Positions 26,256 to 36,706 of a stretch of DNA of 38,712 bases are shown piece after piece. The stretch's first letter is position 1. Every line of letters starts with the position of its first letter. The notes below the pieces were generated by a model. The model was given only the letters and a program-made list of their open reading frames with translations. It had not been told where the DNA came from and searched no databases. The stretch is from a virus (lineage: Duplodnaviria; Caudoviricetes): the IMG/VR virus record IMGVR_UViG_3300028398_000011, positions 1-38,712 of that record. One strand, written 5' to 3'. A program made the position numbers and the translations under genes.

Positions 26256-28850
26256 ATGAATATAAAAGATTTCTCAGGTGGACTGGCTCTTAGACCTTAT
26301 GATGCAGATATAAAGATGTTATATGGTAGAAGATATATAGATATAGACCATCAAAGAGGGTCATTAATACCTATTAGAACTCCGTTATCAATTCTAGCAT
26401 ATGATTATATCTGTGAAAGTGATAATCATATAGTAGGAGAGACTATACCTGAGAATACTAGAAGTTGGGTAGAAAAAGAAAGGATAGCTTACCATCTTAA
26501 ATGGAAACCTTTTGTAGAAACAGATTTAAATGGGACTAATGAAGTATCAAAAGGACACATTAAAGATACTGACCCTATTCCTACAGGTGGTAGGATGAGG
26601 TTCTATATTTATAGAGTTAAGGATGATAAAGGTAATAAGACTAAATTCTCTAGTTATTTAAATGTTGTAGTAAGAGATGAGACTTCAACAGTTACAATAG
26701 GGCAAATGGGTATTAATAAAGAGTTATATGACAAAGGGTTTAAAACCTTAGAGATATTCCTAGCTAAAGATGCAATGTATGGAGACTCTGCTGAAATAAC
26801 TAGAACTTTTACAAAAGTAGGAGAGACAAATACATTACACCTAGACGATGGTTATTATTATGGAGAGTTTACAGATGATAATACTTCGACTCAAGTAACA
26901 GAGGAGGTAAATCTAGCTGACTTACTTGATACTCATAAGCAATTCTATAACCAAAAAGTTATAGATATGAGGGCAGACCAAATGTGTGAGGGTGGGCAAT
27001 ATACTATAGAGGCACATACTAGCCATAAATTTATACACGCAACCAACATAGATGGTCAATGGATAGTTGCACCTAGTTACACATTTATTACAAACGAGGA
27101 AGATGAAGATAGCAACTGTTTTAAACCACACTTTTTTGGCTTAAAACATTATTATAGTCGCCCTATAACTATATTTATTTGGTATGGGGATGGATGGAAA
27201 CTGTTAAAAACTTTACCTCATCCTCAGGCAGAATATATAAAAGAAGACGCCTTAGATACTTCTATGACTACACAATACTTAACTCCTCCAGTTAGAACAT
27301 CTTTAATAACGATAGATAAAGAGGTAGAAGATGTTATTGATGAGGCTACTGGTTCATATGATAACTCTTATATATGTGATTCTATTAACACTTTAAGAGG
27401 TGCGTTTACATTTTCTAATTTATTAGACACTTTTATACCTCATACTAAAGAGGGTAGTGTAATAGATTATAAGGGTAAAACCTATTTATTTGAACCTGAT
27501 AAATCCTTTTTCACTAGACCTGATCAGACAGGATGGGCAGATATGGATTTACCAGCCCCAACAGTAACACATACAACAGAAGATATAGGAGAGGAAACAG
27601 ATAATTATAAGGTAAAATATAGATACACTTACTATAATTCTGTGTATGGGTATGAGAGTATTCCTACTGAAACGGATGAGATAGAATTACATAACTCTAT
27701 AGTTAAAGTTAAATTTACTGTAAATAATATACCAAATATAACAGCAGATAGAGTAAGAGTATATAGACTTGCTAAAGGTCTTATAAACTATACATTAGCA
27801 ATAGAGATACCTTTAAATGGAGGCAACTCAGAGTATTATGATATTGTTAAAAGCGATGATTTAGATGATATAGCTGGTAATGATGTGTTATTATCAGTAA
27901 CTGAATCATCTATACCTAAAGGTATCCATTATGTAACTGCTACAAATACAATCCTAGTCGGTGCAGTTAAGGATAAAGTATATTTCTCTTTAATGGGTAA
28001 ACCCACTATGTGGTTAAAAGATAATTACATAGACTTTGATACTGATGTAACTGGTATAGGAGCTATAAATAATGGTTTAATAGTATTTACACTGAATGAA
28101 ACATATATTATAGTAGGTAACTCTCCTACAACATTTGCAAAGTATTTAGTTAGTAAAGAAGTGGGTTGTATAGATGGAAACACTATAAAGCCATTTAATA
28201 ATGGTCTAGTTTTTACATCCTATGATGGTATATATTTTACCAATGGAGGTAGTATAAGTAATATTACCACAGACCCATTAGGAGACTTAGATATTACTCC
28301 AGATATAATAGTTAATGCAGAGGCAGTTAATGACCAGTATCATTTAGCCTTAAAAACTGATGATATATTTAAGAGTGAATATTATGAACCTCTAAATGAG
28401 CCAATGATATTGGTAATAGATTATAGATATAATAAGATGATAAGGCAAGTTAATCAAGATGTTAGCTGGTTAAGTAGTAAACATAGGGATTATATGTTTA
28501 TTGATAGCAAAGAGGATTTTATTTATAAGCTATATCCTAAAGATACTCCTTATAAAACTATGAGATATAGAAGTGGTATAGTAACTAATGGTAGGTTTAC
28601 AGAGCTAAAAATGTATAATGATGTTTATATTGCATATGAAGATGATATACACATAAAAATAGACCTACTTACTAAGAAAAAAGATACTATTACAACGATA
28701 GCAGATAAGAACCTTAATAATTTAGATAGGCATATAGATTTAAACACTAGAGGCTTTATAGAGGGTTATGGTATAATTATAGATGTAATTGGTAAGGGTA
28801 AAGTCCACGAGATAGATTTTTTACCTTATAATAGGCAGAATGGTAAGTGA
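26256..28850 (+). CDS. putative tail nozzle/hub (tail tubular protein B / P22 gp10-like beta-propeller)
   Basis: DFSGGL N-terminus; YRYTYYNS..G.ES.P, VYFS..G.P..W, LIVFT, VGCI, DGIY repeats. Confidence 0.7.
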   Translation: MNIKDFSGGLALRPYDADIKMLYGRRYIDIDHQRGSLIPIRTPLSILAYDYICESDNHIVGETIPENTRSWVEKERIAYHLKWKPFVETDLNGTNEVSKGHIKDTDPIPTGGRMRFYIYRVKDDKGNKTKFSSYLNVVVRDETSTVTIGQMGINKELYDKGFKTLEIFLAKDAMYGDSAEITRTFTKVGETNTLHLDDGYYYGEFTDDNTSTQVTEEVNLADLLDTHKQFYNQKVIDMRADQMCEGGQYTIEAHTSHKFIHATNIDGQWIVAPSYTFITNEEDEDSNCFKPHFFGLKHYYSRPITIFIWYGDGWKLLKTLPHPQAEYIKEDALDTSMTTQYLTPPVRTSLITIDKEVEDVIDEATGSYDNSYICDSINTLRGAFTFSNLLDTFIPHTKEGSVIDYKGKTYLFEPDKSFFTRPDQTGWADMDLPAPTVTHTTEDIGEETDNYKVKYRYTYYNSVYGYESIPTETDEIELHNSIVKVKFTVNNIPNITADRVRVYRLAKGLINYTLAIEIPLNGGNSEYYDIVKSDDLDDIAGNDVLLSVTESSIPKGIHYVTATNTILVGAVKDKVYFSLMGKPTMWLKDNYIDFDTDVTGIGAINNGLIVFTLNETYIIVGNSPTTFAKYLVSKEVGCIDGNTIKPFNNGLVFTSYDGIYFTNGGSISNITTDPLGDLDITPDIIVNAEAVNDQYHLALKTDDIFKSEYYEPLNEPMILVIDYRYNKMIRQVNQDVSWLSSKHRDYMFIDSKEDFIYKLYPKDTPYKTMRYRSGIVTNGRFTELKMYNDVYIAYEDDIHIKIDLLTKKKDTITTIADKNLNNLDRHIDLNTRGFIEGYGIIIDVIGKGKVHEIDFLPYNRQNGK

Positions 28851-29299
28851 TGAATAGAGATACATTTATACAGATACCTCAAAATGTTACTGATGAACAT
28901 CAGTTAAGACAGTTCTTATCAACATTAGTTGAGAAGCTTGATATAGCATTTGGTAACAGAGGAGACAATGCTTTTGCTAGTGATAAAGATGTTAATAGTA
29001 AGCTTAATAGTGTTGGCTCAGAGTATAATACTTTAGCCTCTTCTACTGCAACATCTCTTGAGGGTCTTAGAGAGGATATAAACAGTTTAAGGGATATATA
29101 TACATTTAGAGATGGTAGTAACTTACCTCAACCTGTTGATAGTATAAATATAGTTAATGTAGCGTATTTAAATAGTAGAATAGGTAATCCCATAGAGCTA
29201 CCTAACACATTAGACACTACAGCAACCCTAGATGATGTTATAAGTAAGATAAATGATTTAATAAATGCTTTAAAAAGCAGTAAAGTAATAGGAGGTTAA
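28847..29299 (+). CDS. putative virion structural protein
   Basis: IP.NV.D...LR.FL..L.EKLD..FG.RG; C-terminal ATLDDVISKINDLINALK as in small phage fibre proteins. Confidence 0.55.
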   Translation: MMNRDTFIQIPQNVTDEHQLRQFLSTLVEKLDIAFGNRGDNAFASDKDVNSKLNSVGSEYNTLASSTATSLEGLREDINSLRDIYTFRDGSNLPQPVDSINIVNVAYLNSRIGNPIELPNTLDTTATLDDVISKINDLINALKSSKVIGG

Positions 29300-29301
29300 T
29301 T

Positions 29302-30090
29302 ATGTTTGGTATAGATGATGCGTTAATTGGTCTTGGGATAGGATTAGTAGGTAGCTGGTTTGAAGCAGACGCTAAAAAAGATGCTAATGCTAAGGCACAA
29401 TTATTTCAACAACAACAATTAGCTATGCAAAAAGAGAATCTGATGTTACAGAAACATCAATTAGAGTTAGGAAATAAAAGATATGAGCAGTGGTATAATA
29501 TTTATGGAACACTGCAAGAGTCCTTAGGAGATTACTATAAAAACTTAAAGGGTTCTGACTTATCTACTATAGAGATGCAGAAAATACAGGAAGCTACACA
29601 AAAAGCAAAAGATAAAGTAGCAACAGAGTTTGCACAAAGAGGATTAGATGGAAGTGGTTTATTAGCCTCTACGGAAGCTAACTTAACCTATAGAGGAGAG
29701 TTAGCTAAGGCAATGTCAGAAGCTACAGCAGATGATAGGGCAAGACAACAACAAGCACAATTCTTATCTTTAGGAATTAATCAAGGAAATGCAATAGCTA
29801 ATTCAAATGCTATGATAGCAGGTTCTCTTAATAGTGCTATAAATAGTATGGGAAATACTTACAATAATATGGGTAAATTAGCTATTAATAATGGACAAGC
29901 TACGGTAGATTGGATTAAGGATTTATCGTTTGGTATGGGTAGTTATATTAGACATAAAAATCCTTTGGGAGGAACTGGAGTAACTACTCCTAATGCAGGA
30001 AATGGAGGTATGTCTGGAGAGGCATATAATCCTATGGCAGGGTGTAACTCGGCTACTGGCAATTGTAATATAAATGAGGGAGGCTACTAA
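29302..30090 (+). CDS. putative internal virion (ejection/pilot) protein
   Basis: Gly-rich hydrophobic N-terminus, Q/A-rich helices, AQRGLDGSG motif. Confidence 0.65.
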   Translation: MFGIDDALIGLGIGLVGSWFEADAKKDANAKAQLFQQQQLAMQKENLMLQKHQLELGNKRYEQWYNIYGTLQESLGDYYKNLKGSDLSTIEMQKIQEATQKAKDKVATEFAQRGLDGSGLLASTEANLTYRGELAKAMSEATADDRARQQQAQFLSLGINQGNAIANSNAMIAGSLNSAINSMGNTYNNMGKLAINNGQATVDWIKDLSFGMGSYIRHKNPLGGTGVTTPNAGNGGMSGEAYNPMAGCNSATGNCNINEGGY

Positions 30091-31865
30091 TGGGAGCTAA
30101 GGATTTTGCAGAGGGCATTGAACACGCAAACAGAGATCTAGCCTCTATAAGAAGAGAGAGGGCTGAGAGATTAAGCAATTATGTAAATGGGTTTGAGCTA
30201 AATAAGGCTACAGGAGAGTATGTGGCTAATGAGAGAGGTCAATTAGCTATGGAGGCACAAAGATTAAAATTAGAGCAAAATGTATCCTATCTAAGTTTAC
30301 AAAATCAAATGATAGCAGACCAGTTAGCCTCTTCTGGTATGACTTCTTTTACGGAACATTTAGCCAGTGGTAATCCTAATGATGCTCAAAAAGTAGTTGA
30401 TAATAATCCAATACTAAAAGAGAGATTAGCTAAAAGTTTTAATTTTCAAAGAGTTACAACCTTAGATCCAGAACACGATAAAGATTTATTAGCTAAGAAT
30501 GGTGTATATGTTGATCCACAAGCTATATTATCTGACCCTAAGAAGAGACAAGCTTTTAACTCTATGTTTGCAAAGGGTATAAAGAGTGATGGCTCAGTGG
30601 ATTTAATACATACTCCATCTCTAGTTAAGGAAACTAACTATAAACAATATGTTCCAGAGTATAGATATCAAGATATGGCTACTGTATTTAATAATGTGTC
30701 AGATATTCTTAAAGGTCATGTCAAGACTCAAGCAGAGATAGAGGCAGAAGCTTTACACAGACAAGCACAAAATCAAGCTAATAGAGCTAGTTATGCAAAG
30801 AGCTTATACTCTGAGAGTATTACAGGGCAGAGATTAAAGGATATGAATACCTACTTTGCTGATAATCCAAATGCAACCTTAGATGATTATGCTAGACATA
30901 GGGCAGAGCAAGACGCAAAAGCACAATCAGGAGGAGGAACAGCTCAAACTACAGACCCTCTTAAAGCTCAAAAGATTGAAACTGAGAAAGCTAGAAGAGC
31001 TAAGATAGAAGAGGATATAAAACTCAAGAAAGAGAAGTTTGAGCTAGATAAAAAGAGACAGCTAGAAGAAGCTAAGATTGCAAAAGAAAAAGCCTTAGCT
31101 AAGGCTAAGAAAGAAGCTAATACTCCAGATGAATTCGAGAAAGCTAAGGTTAAAATAGAGAGAGTAGATGGTATCTATAAGAAATTGATAGATGGTAAAC
31201 CACTAACAACAGAAGATAAGGCTCATATAATAGCAGATGCTAAGAAAATACCTGCATCTCTGAAAATACCAGCTGAAACTAAAAAGAAGATTAATGAGAG
31301 AATTAATGTAGTTGAGTCTTCGGCTCAAGCTGTTAAACTTCTTAATAGTGGTAAGATAGATGCGAATGCAGTTAGTAATACTATATCAGCTGTTAAGAAA
31401 TATATCTCATCTGAGAAGATAGGTAAGGATAAGTATAAAATTTCACTATCTGAGATGAATGAGGCAGATAAAAACCTATTAATGAGAAGTAAGATAGGTC
31501 GTTCTCTTGTGTTATATATTAAGAGTATATCTGGAGCGGCTGTTACAAATGAGGAGTATGATAGACTTAATAGTCTAATGACAGGTGGAAATAATGCAGA
31601 TATACATACTTTATCTATGTTATTTAACAGTTTTTATAAAGATAATAGAGATAGATTATTATCGGATATTAAAAATAGTGCCTATAAAGACCCTAGCATT
31701 ATGTTAAATATATCTGGTAAGGAATTTATAAAAGTAAGACCAAAGGTGTTTGGTGCTCAGGAAAAATCGACAACAAGCACTACAAGCATTACAACAGGTA
31801 GTAAGGCTAGAAAAACAACAGGTAGTAAGACTGAAAAACCAGTAAACTTAGATGATTACTTGTAG
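30090..31865 (+). CDS. putative internal virion (ejection) protein
   Basis: Helical, K/E/A-rich; C-terminal ISGAAVTNEEYDRL motif common in podovirus ejection proteins. Confidence 0.6.
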   Translation: MGAKDFAEGIEHANRDLASIRRERAERLSNYVNGFELNKATGEYVANERGQLAMEAQRLKLEQNVSYLSLQNQMIADQLASSGMTSFTEHLASGNPNDAQKVVDNNPILKERLAKSFNFQRVTTLDPEHDKDLLAKNGVYVDPQAILSDPKKRQAFNSMFAKGIKSDGSVDLIHTPSLVKETNYKQYVPEYRYQDMATVFNNVSDILKGHVKTQAEIEAEALHRQAQNQANRASYAKSLYSESITGQRLKDMNTYFADNPNATLDDYARHRAEQDAKAQSGGGTAQTTDPLKAQKIETEKARRAKIEEDIKLKKEKFELDKKRQLEEAKIAKEKALAKAKKEANTPDEFEKAKVKIERVDGIYKKLIDGKPLTTEDKAHIIADAKKIPASLKIPAETKKKINERINVVESSAQAVKLLNSGKIDANAVSNTISAVKKYISSEKIGKDKYKISLSEMNEADKNLLMRSKIGRSLVLYIKSISGAAVTNEEYDRLNSLMTGGNNADIHTLSMLFNSFYKDNRDRLLSDIKNSAYKDPSIMLNISGKEFIKVRPKVFGAQEKSTTSTTSITTGSKARKTTGSKTEKPVNLDDYL

Positions 31866-31874
31866 GAGTAATGA

Positions 31875-33704
31875 ATGAAGACAGATATAAATACATTAAG
31901 AGATAGTTTTGATTACAGCTACTATACATTTAAAGAGAGTAGGGATAAAGCTATTAGGACAGAAGAGTATTACCACAATAGGTTTTATACTAAAGAACAA
32001 TTAAGCGACTTAAGGGCAGTAGGACAACCACCACAGACCTTTAACCTAATAAAGTTATTTACAAGACACTTAGTAGGTTATTACTCTAAGGTATTGAATG
32101 ATGTAACCTTTAATCCAGTTCAGATGCAGGATATCCCTAATGTTAGTTTATTACAAGATGTTTATAATTATATAAATAATAGTAATAATTGGAGACAATT
32201 GGGAAACCAGATAAAAAGAAATGGTTTCTTATCTGGGTTATTTGTAGAGTATTTAAATGTTGTGTATAAAAGGGATACATCAGGGAATATTCTAAAGGAT
32301 ATGTATGGCAGGAACATATATGAGATAGTTAAAGAGAGTGTTCCTCATACTGAAATCCTATTAGACCCTATGAGTAAGAAGTTAGATTATACAGATGCTA
32401 GATTTATACATAGATTTAAATGGTTAAATAAAGAACAAATAGAGGACTTATTCCCAAACAAGAATATAAATTATGATACTCTTGAGTCTAGTGTAAATCA
32501 TCTTAACATTAGAGAATCAGAGATTGAATACTCTTTTGCACAGGGAGGTTTTGCAGGGTCATTTACTTATAAGGATAATTACCTAATTGTCCATAGCATA
32601 GTTAGAGATGGCGATAAGACTTGGTCTATATACTGGTGTGGAGATACAATTATTGATAAATCTGAGATTACATATAAAGAGGTAAAATTCCCTTATACTG
32701 TGGTAAAGCTATCTGATAGTTATAAGGCTGAGTATTATGGAGTATTCAATGATGTTTTAGATGAAATAGACGCAGTTCAACAATCTTTAATTCAAATACA
32801 ATTGAATATAAACAGTGATAAAGTTTTTGTCAATGATTCAGCTGTGGAAGATAGAGAAGAATTTACAGAAGCCTATAAAAGAGTGGGTAGTATAATCTTT
32901 GTAGATGACATTAATGGGATTAGAATAGATAAGCTCGGTTCTGAGATACAGACACAATTCATAACTATAGATAAAGCTTTTGCTAGGATAAAACAGGTAT
33001 TAGGAATTAGCGATGCTTTTCTAGGGATGGCATTTAAATATGATACAGGTAGAAAAGTGCAACTACAGCAACAAGCTACAAGTGTAGGATTGCAATATAT
33101 AGATGATGCCCTAGCTTTATTCTATAAATTAGATGCTATGAAAGTAGCTAAATTAGTTAAGCAATACTATAAAGCTACACAGGTGTTAAATTTAGTTGAT
33201 GAGAGAGTAGGTCAAAAGTGGCTTACTGTTAATCCTCCTATAATAAATCCTGAAACTGGATTACCTTACTATGAACAGGCTTATGACCCTGCAACTGGAA
33301 AACCTCTTTATACTGAAAAAGGGTTCCCAGTTGTAGCACCTATACATCATCCAGATTATGACTTAGAGTTCACGGACTCAGATGTAAAAGTAGTAAGCAT
33401 AGATTACAATGACGGAGAACAAGATCAGATTGTATTAGAACAGGTTATAAATGGTAATGCAGGACAAATGTTAATGACTGTTAATCCAGCTGGGTATGCT
33501 AGGCTAACAGCAATGAATATAAAACATACTAAGACTAGATATAGCCAAGATATAGCACAGATATTCGAGGAAACAGCACAAATGCTAACACCACAACCTC
33601 AACAACAACAGACCTTAGGCTCTGGTGGAGGAGGCAGTAGTCAAGTAGGTGGATTACCTAATGTTCAAAACAGAACAAATTACATCAAAGGAGATAATAG
33701 ATGA
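31875..33704 (+). CDS. portal protein (P22-like)
   Basis: YY...Y..EQ...L...GQPPQTFNLIK.F, ILLDP.S...DYTDARFIHRFKWL, FPY, YYG, .LGISDAFLG, TGR....QQ; 609 aa. Confidence 0.85.
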   Translation: MKTDINTLRDSFDYSYYTFKESRDKAIRTEEYYHNRFYTKEQLSDLRAVGQPPQTFNLIKLFTRHLVGYYSKVLNDVTFNPVQMQDIPNVSLLQDVYNYINNSNNWRQLGNQIKRNGFLSGLFVEYLNVVYKRDTSGNILKDMYGRNIYEIVKESVPHTEILLDPMSKKLDYTDARFIHRFKWLNKEQIEDLFPNKNINYDTLESSVNHLNIRESEIEYSFAQGGFAGSFTYKDNYLIVHSIVRDGDKTWSIYWCGDTIIDKSEITYKEVKFPYTVVKLSDSYKAEYYGVFNDVLDEIDAVQQSLIQIQLNINSDKVFVNDSAVEDREEFTEAYKRVGSIIFVDDINGIRIDKLGSEIQTQFITIDKAFARIKQVLGISDAFLGMAFKYDTGRKVQLQQQATSVGLQYIDDALALFYKLDAMKVAKLVKQYYKATQVLNLVDERVGQKWLTVNPPIINPETGLPYYEQAYDPATGKPLYTEKGFPVVAPIHHPDYDLEFTDSDVKVVSIDYNDGEQDQIVLEQVINGNAGQMLMTVNPAGYARLTAMNIKHTKTRYSQDIAQIFEETAQMLTPQPQQQQTLGSGGGGSSQVGGLPNVQNRTNYIKGDNR

Positions 33705-36700
33705 GTGATGGACAGTGGAAGACTGGGGAGTATGGAGACGAACCTATACACCCAGAAATAGACACATCTACAATATCAGGTAAAGTAAAAGCAATAGGAA
33801 AAACACTAGGGGAAGCTACAGACTGGGTATTAGGAGTAGATGAGCATAGAGAAGAGCTAGTAAAAAACAGACTAGATTTAGAAGAAGCCTCTAAAACTAA
33901 TAATAAGTATCTATCTGATTTACCTATGGAAGATAGAATAGAAGCAATGTCGGTATCTCCTGAATACACATTTAATTACGATAAGGCACTTAAAGATGGT
34001 ATATCTCCTAGTAAAATAGTAGATTATATCGCTGAAAATGCTAAGGTAGCAAAGATAGATGAGGCTAGAGAACATTTTACCGATGAACAAATAGTTAGTA
34101 GATTAAAAGAAAAAGCTAGGCTTATACATAAAGTAAAACTTGACAACAGATTAGGTGTATTTGCGACAAGTGATGTAGTAAAAGGTGCTTTAAAAGGTTT
34201 AACAGATATTTATGAGACAGAGCAAGACTTAGGAAATATGCTAGGTATTCAAAGTGATGAGGAGAATAAAAAAGCTTTAAATGAACTACATAATCTAAAT
34301 AATGCTATTAAAGACGGTAAAGTAGATGATATACCTTATATATTAGGGGAGATAGCAACCAGCCCTCTTACATTCTCTCCAGTTGCTAAGGGTAAGTATG
34401 CATTACACAGTATGGCTCTATTAGCTGGTCTGGACTCAGGTGTAAAAGGTTATGCAGATGCTAGAATGGAGGGAGATAATGTAGGAGATAGCCTAGAAAA
34501 AGGGGCAGTAGATACTGTAATTGGTGCAACTACTGCTGGAGTAGCTGGTAAAACAATTGGAGCAGGTTTAGGAGTAGCTAGTTACTTTGGAGAGACTTTA
34601 CTAAATAAAGTAGGTAGCCAAGCTACTGGTAGAGCTAAAGATATATTAATGCACGAACTAAACCTTAGCCACGATGAAATGATGGCTATGGGTAAGGACT
34701 ATGCTAAGATGACTGGTGGAACAGGAGATGACATAAAAGATGCTGTTCTAGGGACTATGTTTACAAAAGGGAATAAAGAGGGTGCAGGTGTTACTAAAGA
34801 TATATTAAAATCTGATAAAGACCTACTAATTGCAGTAAAGAAGCAAAGAAAAGATAGAATAAAACAGGTAGAAGATATAGCAAAGAAAAATGGGAAAATC
34901 CTATCTATGAGTGAGATACTAAACCCTATAGTAGATAGTTTTAATAGTTCTCTTGATTTATACTCTAAGGCAGTTGGTAGGATAGCTAGGAATAATGTAT
35001 ATAAAAAACCAGTTAAGATTGACTTACCTCAAGCTGGAGATGAAATATTTAGCGACCCTGTATTAAAAGCTGACTATAACCAAATTGCCAAAGATTTAGG
35101 AGAGGGTAAGATGGGTGTTGCAGACCTAGTTAATACTTATAAAGAGCTTAACGCTATAATAGGCACAATTAGCTCTAAGAATGGAACTAGATATGCAAAT
35201 ATAAAAGCATCTAAAGAAGCAGTTAAAGATGCTATAAGACAGAGTTTGACTCCAGAAGATTACGCCGTCTGGACTATGGCAAATTCCAACTATGCTAAGA
35301 ATATGGAGTTTATGAAGAAAAATGCGTTTGGTAAGGCTATTATTGGTAGCTCTGATACATCAGATGGCGTAAATTTTCTAATAGGTAAGAATAAAACATC
35401 TGACTTAGCTGTATCAGATATTGTTAATAAGTTAGCAAATTCTAGTATGGGAGAGAATACATTCAGAGAATTAGGTAGAATTATAAATGACCCTAAGAAG
35501 CTAGAACACATAGAAACATCATATATTATTAATAATCTAAAAAGAATAGGTAAAGGAGAGATAGATAACGCATCATATAATGCTATGTCTAAGTTTTTAA
35601 GTAAGAAGTCATTTTCTACTAATGCAGGTAAGAATATGACAAAAACTATTGAATACCTTAATGATAAATTTGGATTAGATGATGTAGCTAAGAAAATTCT
35701 TATAGATACACCTTTAGGGAAGAGTGTTGATATAGGTTCTCACTCGGCTGATACAGCTACTAAATTAGGGTCAGCGTTTTTAAGTTCTATTATAGGTTCT
35801 ATACCTAAGGCATTAGCTGTTACAGGCATTAAAGTTCCTAAGAAGTTCCACGATTTAGGAGAGGATTTATTAGCTCACGAAACAATGGCTAGGTTGCTCA
35901 AGAAACAAGATGGCTATCTTGATCTTAATAGCATTATTGATGATATGCCTGATATTGTAGTAAGAGATAAGATAAATCAGATAGGATCTAGTGAGAAATT
36001 TAAGAGTTCTCTAACGCCTAGAGCAACAGAAGCTAAAGACATACAGTATAGTTTGCCAATCTTTAATAATCAGGCAATATATAATAAGGCTATAGCTGAC
36101 TTAAATGATGGAGCTTATACATTCACTAAAAAAGATATTGATAAGCTAGATAAGTTATTTACTGTAGGACATAAGATAGACTCAGTTAAAAAAATGGCTA
36201 AGGGAATTGAGTATCTTGACCTAGATATAGTTAGGGTTGGAGGTGTTAGTCCAGAGGCATTAGCAGGAGCTATACACGAAACAGGGGTAAACAATATGCT
36301 AGGAGGTATTAAGCATATGGTTAAGCCTACTGATGCTCCTATGAAAATAATACATAATTCAAATAGGAATTTTAACCCTACTGAGTTAAAAGCTGGTAAA
36401 AAAGATAAATTCTTAGGTAAAGGTGCTTATTTTACGAATACAGCTGATAAAGATTTACATAATTACGAGTTTATAATGCCTAAGGGAGCTAAAATATTAG
36501 AACTGCCTAATAAGGAGAATTATGAGTATTTTCTAAAGAGCTTAGGTAAAGATGTAGATAGAGACTATGCAAATAAGCTACTTGTAGAGGGCTTAGGTAT
36601 AGATGGTATTAAAACAACATTTGGAGGAAGAGAGTATATAAATATTCTAAATAATGATTTGTTAGATAATATAAGAGCAACAGGTATCAAAAGGAGGACT

Positions 36701-36706
36701 AAATGA
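33701..36706 (+). CDS. large internal virion/ejection protein with C-terminal ADP-ribosyltransferase-like domain
   Basis: 1001 aa; Gly/Ala-rich membrane-like segment; C-terminal IIHNS...F...LGKGAYFT...GIDGI...EYI. Confidence 0.65.
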   Translation: MSDGQWKTGEYGDEPIHPEIDTSTISGKVKAIGKTLGEATDWVLGVDEHREELVKNRLDLEEASKTNNKYLSDLPMEDRIEAMSVSPEYTFNYDKALKDGISPSKIVDYIAENAKVAKIDEAREHFTDEQIVSRLKEKARLIHKVKLDNRLGVFATSDVVKGALKGLTDIYETEQDLGNMLGIQSDEENKKALNELHNLNNAIKDGKVDDIPYILGEIATSPLTFSPVAKGKYALHSMALLAGLDSGVKGYADARMEGDNVGDSLEKGAVDTVIGATTAGVAGKTIGAGLGVASYFGETLLNKVGSQATGRAKDILMHELNLSHDEMMAMGKDYAKMTGGTGDDIKDAVLGTMFTKGNKEGAGVTKDILKSDKDLLIAVKKQRKDRIKQVEDIAKKNGKILSMSEILNPIVDSFNSSLDLYSKAVGRIARNNVYKKPVKIDLPQAGDEIFSDPVLKADYNQIAKDLGEGKMGVADLVNTYKELNAIIGTISSKNGTRYANIKASKEAVKDAIRQSLTPEDYAVWTMANSNYAKNMEFMKKNAFGKAIIGSSDTSDGVNFLIGKNKTSDLAVSDIVNKLANSSMGENTFRELGRIINDPKKLEHIETSYIINNLKRIGKGEIDNASYNAMSKFLSKKSFSTNAGKNMTKTIEYLNDKFGLDDVAKKILIDTPLGKSVDIGSHSADTATKLGSAFLSSIIGSIPKALAVTGIKVPKKFHDLGEDLLAHETMARLLKKQDGYLDLNSIIDDMPDIVVRDKINQIGSSEKFKSSLTPRATEAKDIQYSLPIFNNQAIYNKAIADLNDGAYTFTKKDIDKLDKLFTVGHKIDSVKKMAKGIEYLDLDIVRVGGVSPEALAGAIHETGVNNMLGGIKHMVKPTDAPMKIIHNSNRNFNPTELKAGKKDKFLGKGAYFTNTADKDLHNYEFIMPKGAKILELPNKENYEYFLKSLGKDVDRDYANKLLVEGLGIDGIKTTFGGREYINILNNDLLDNIRATGIKRRTK

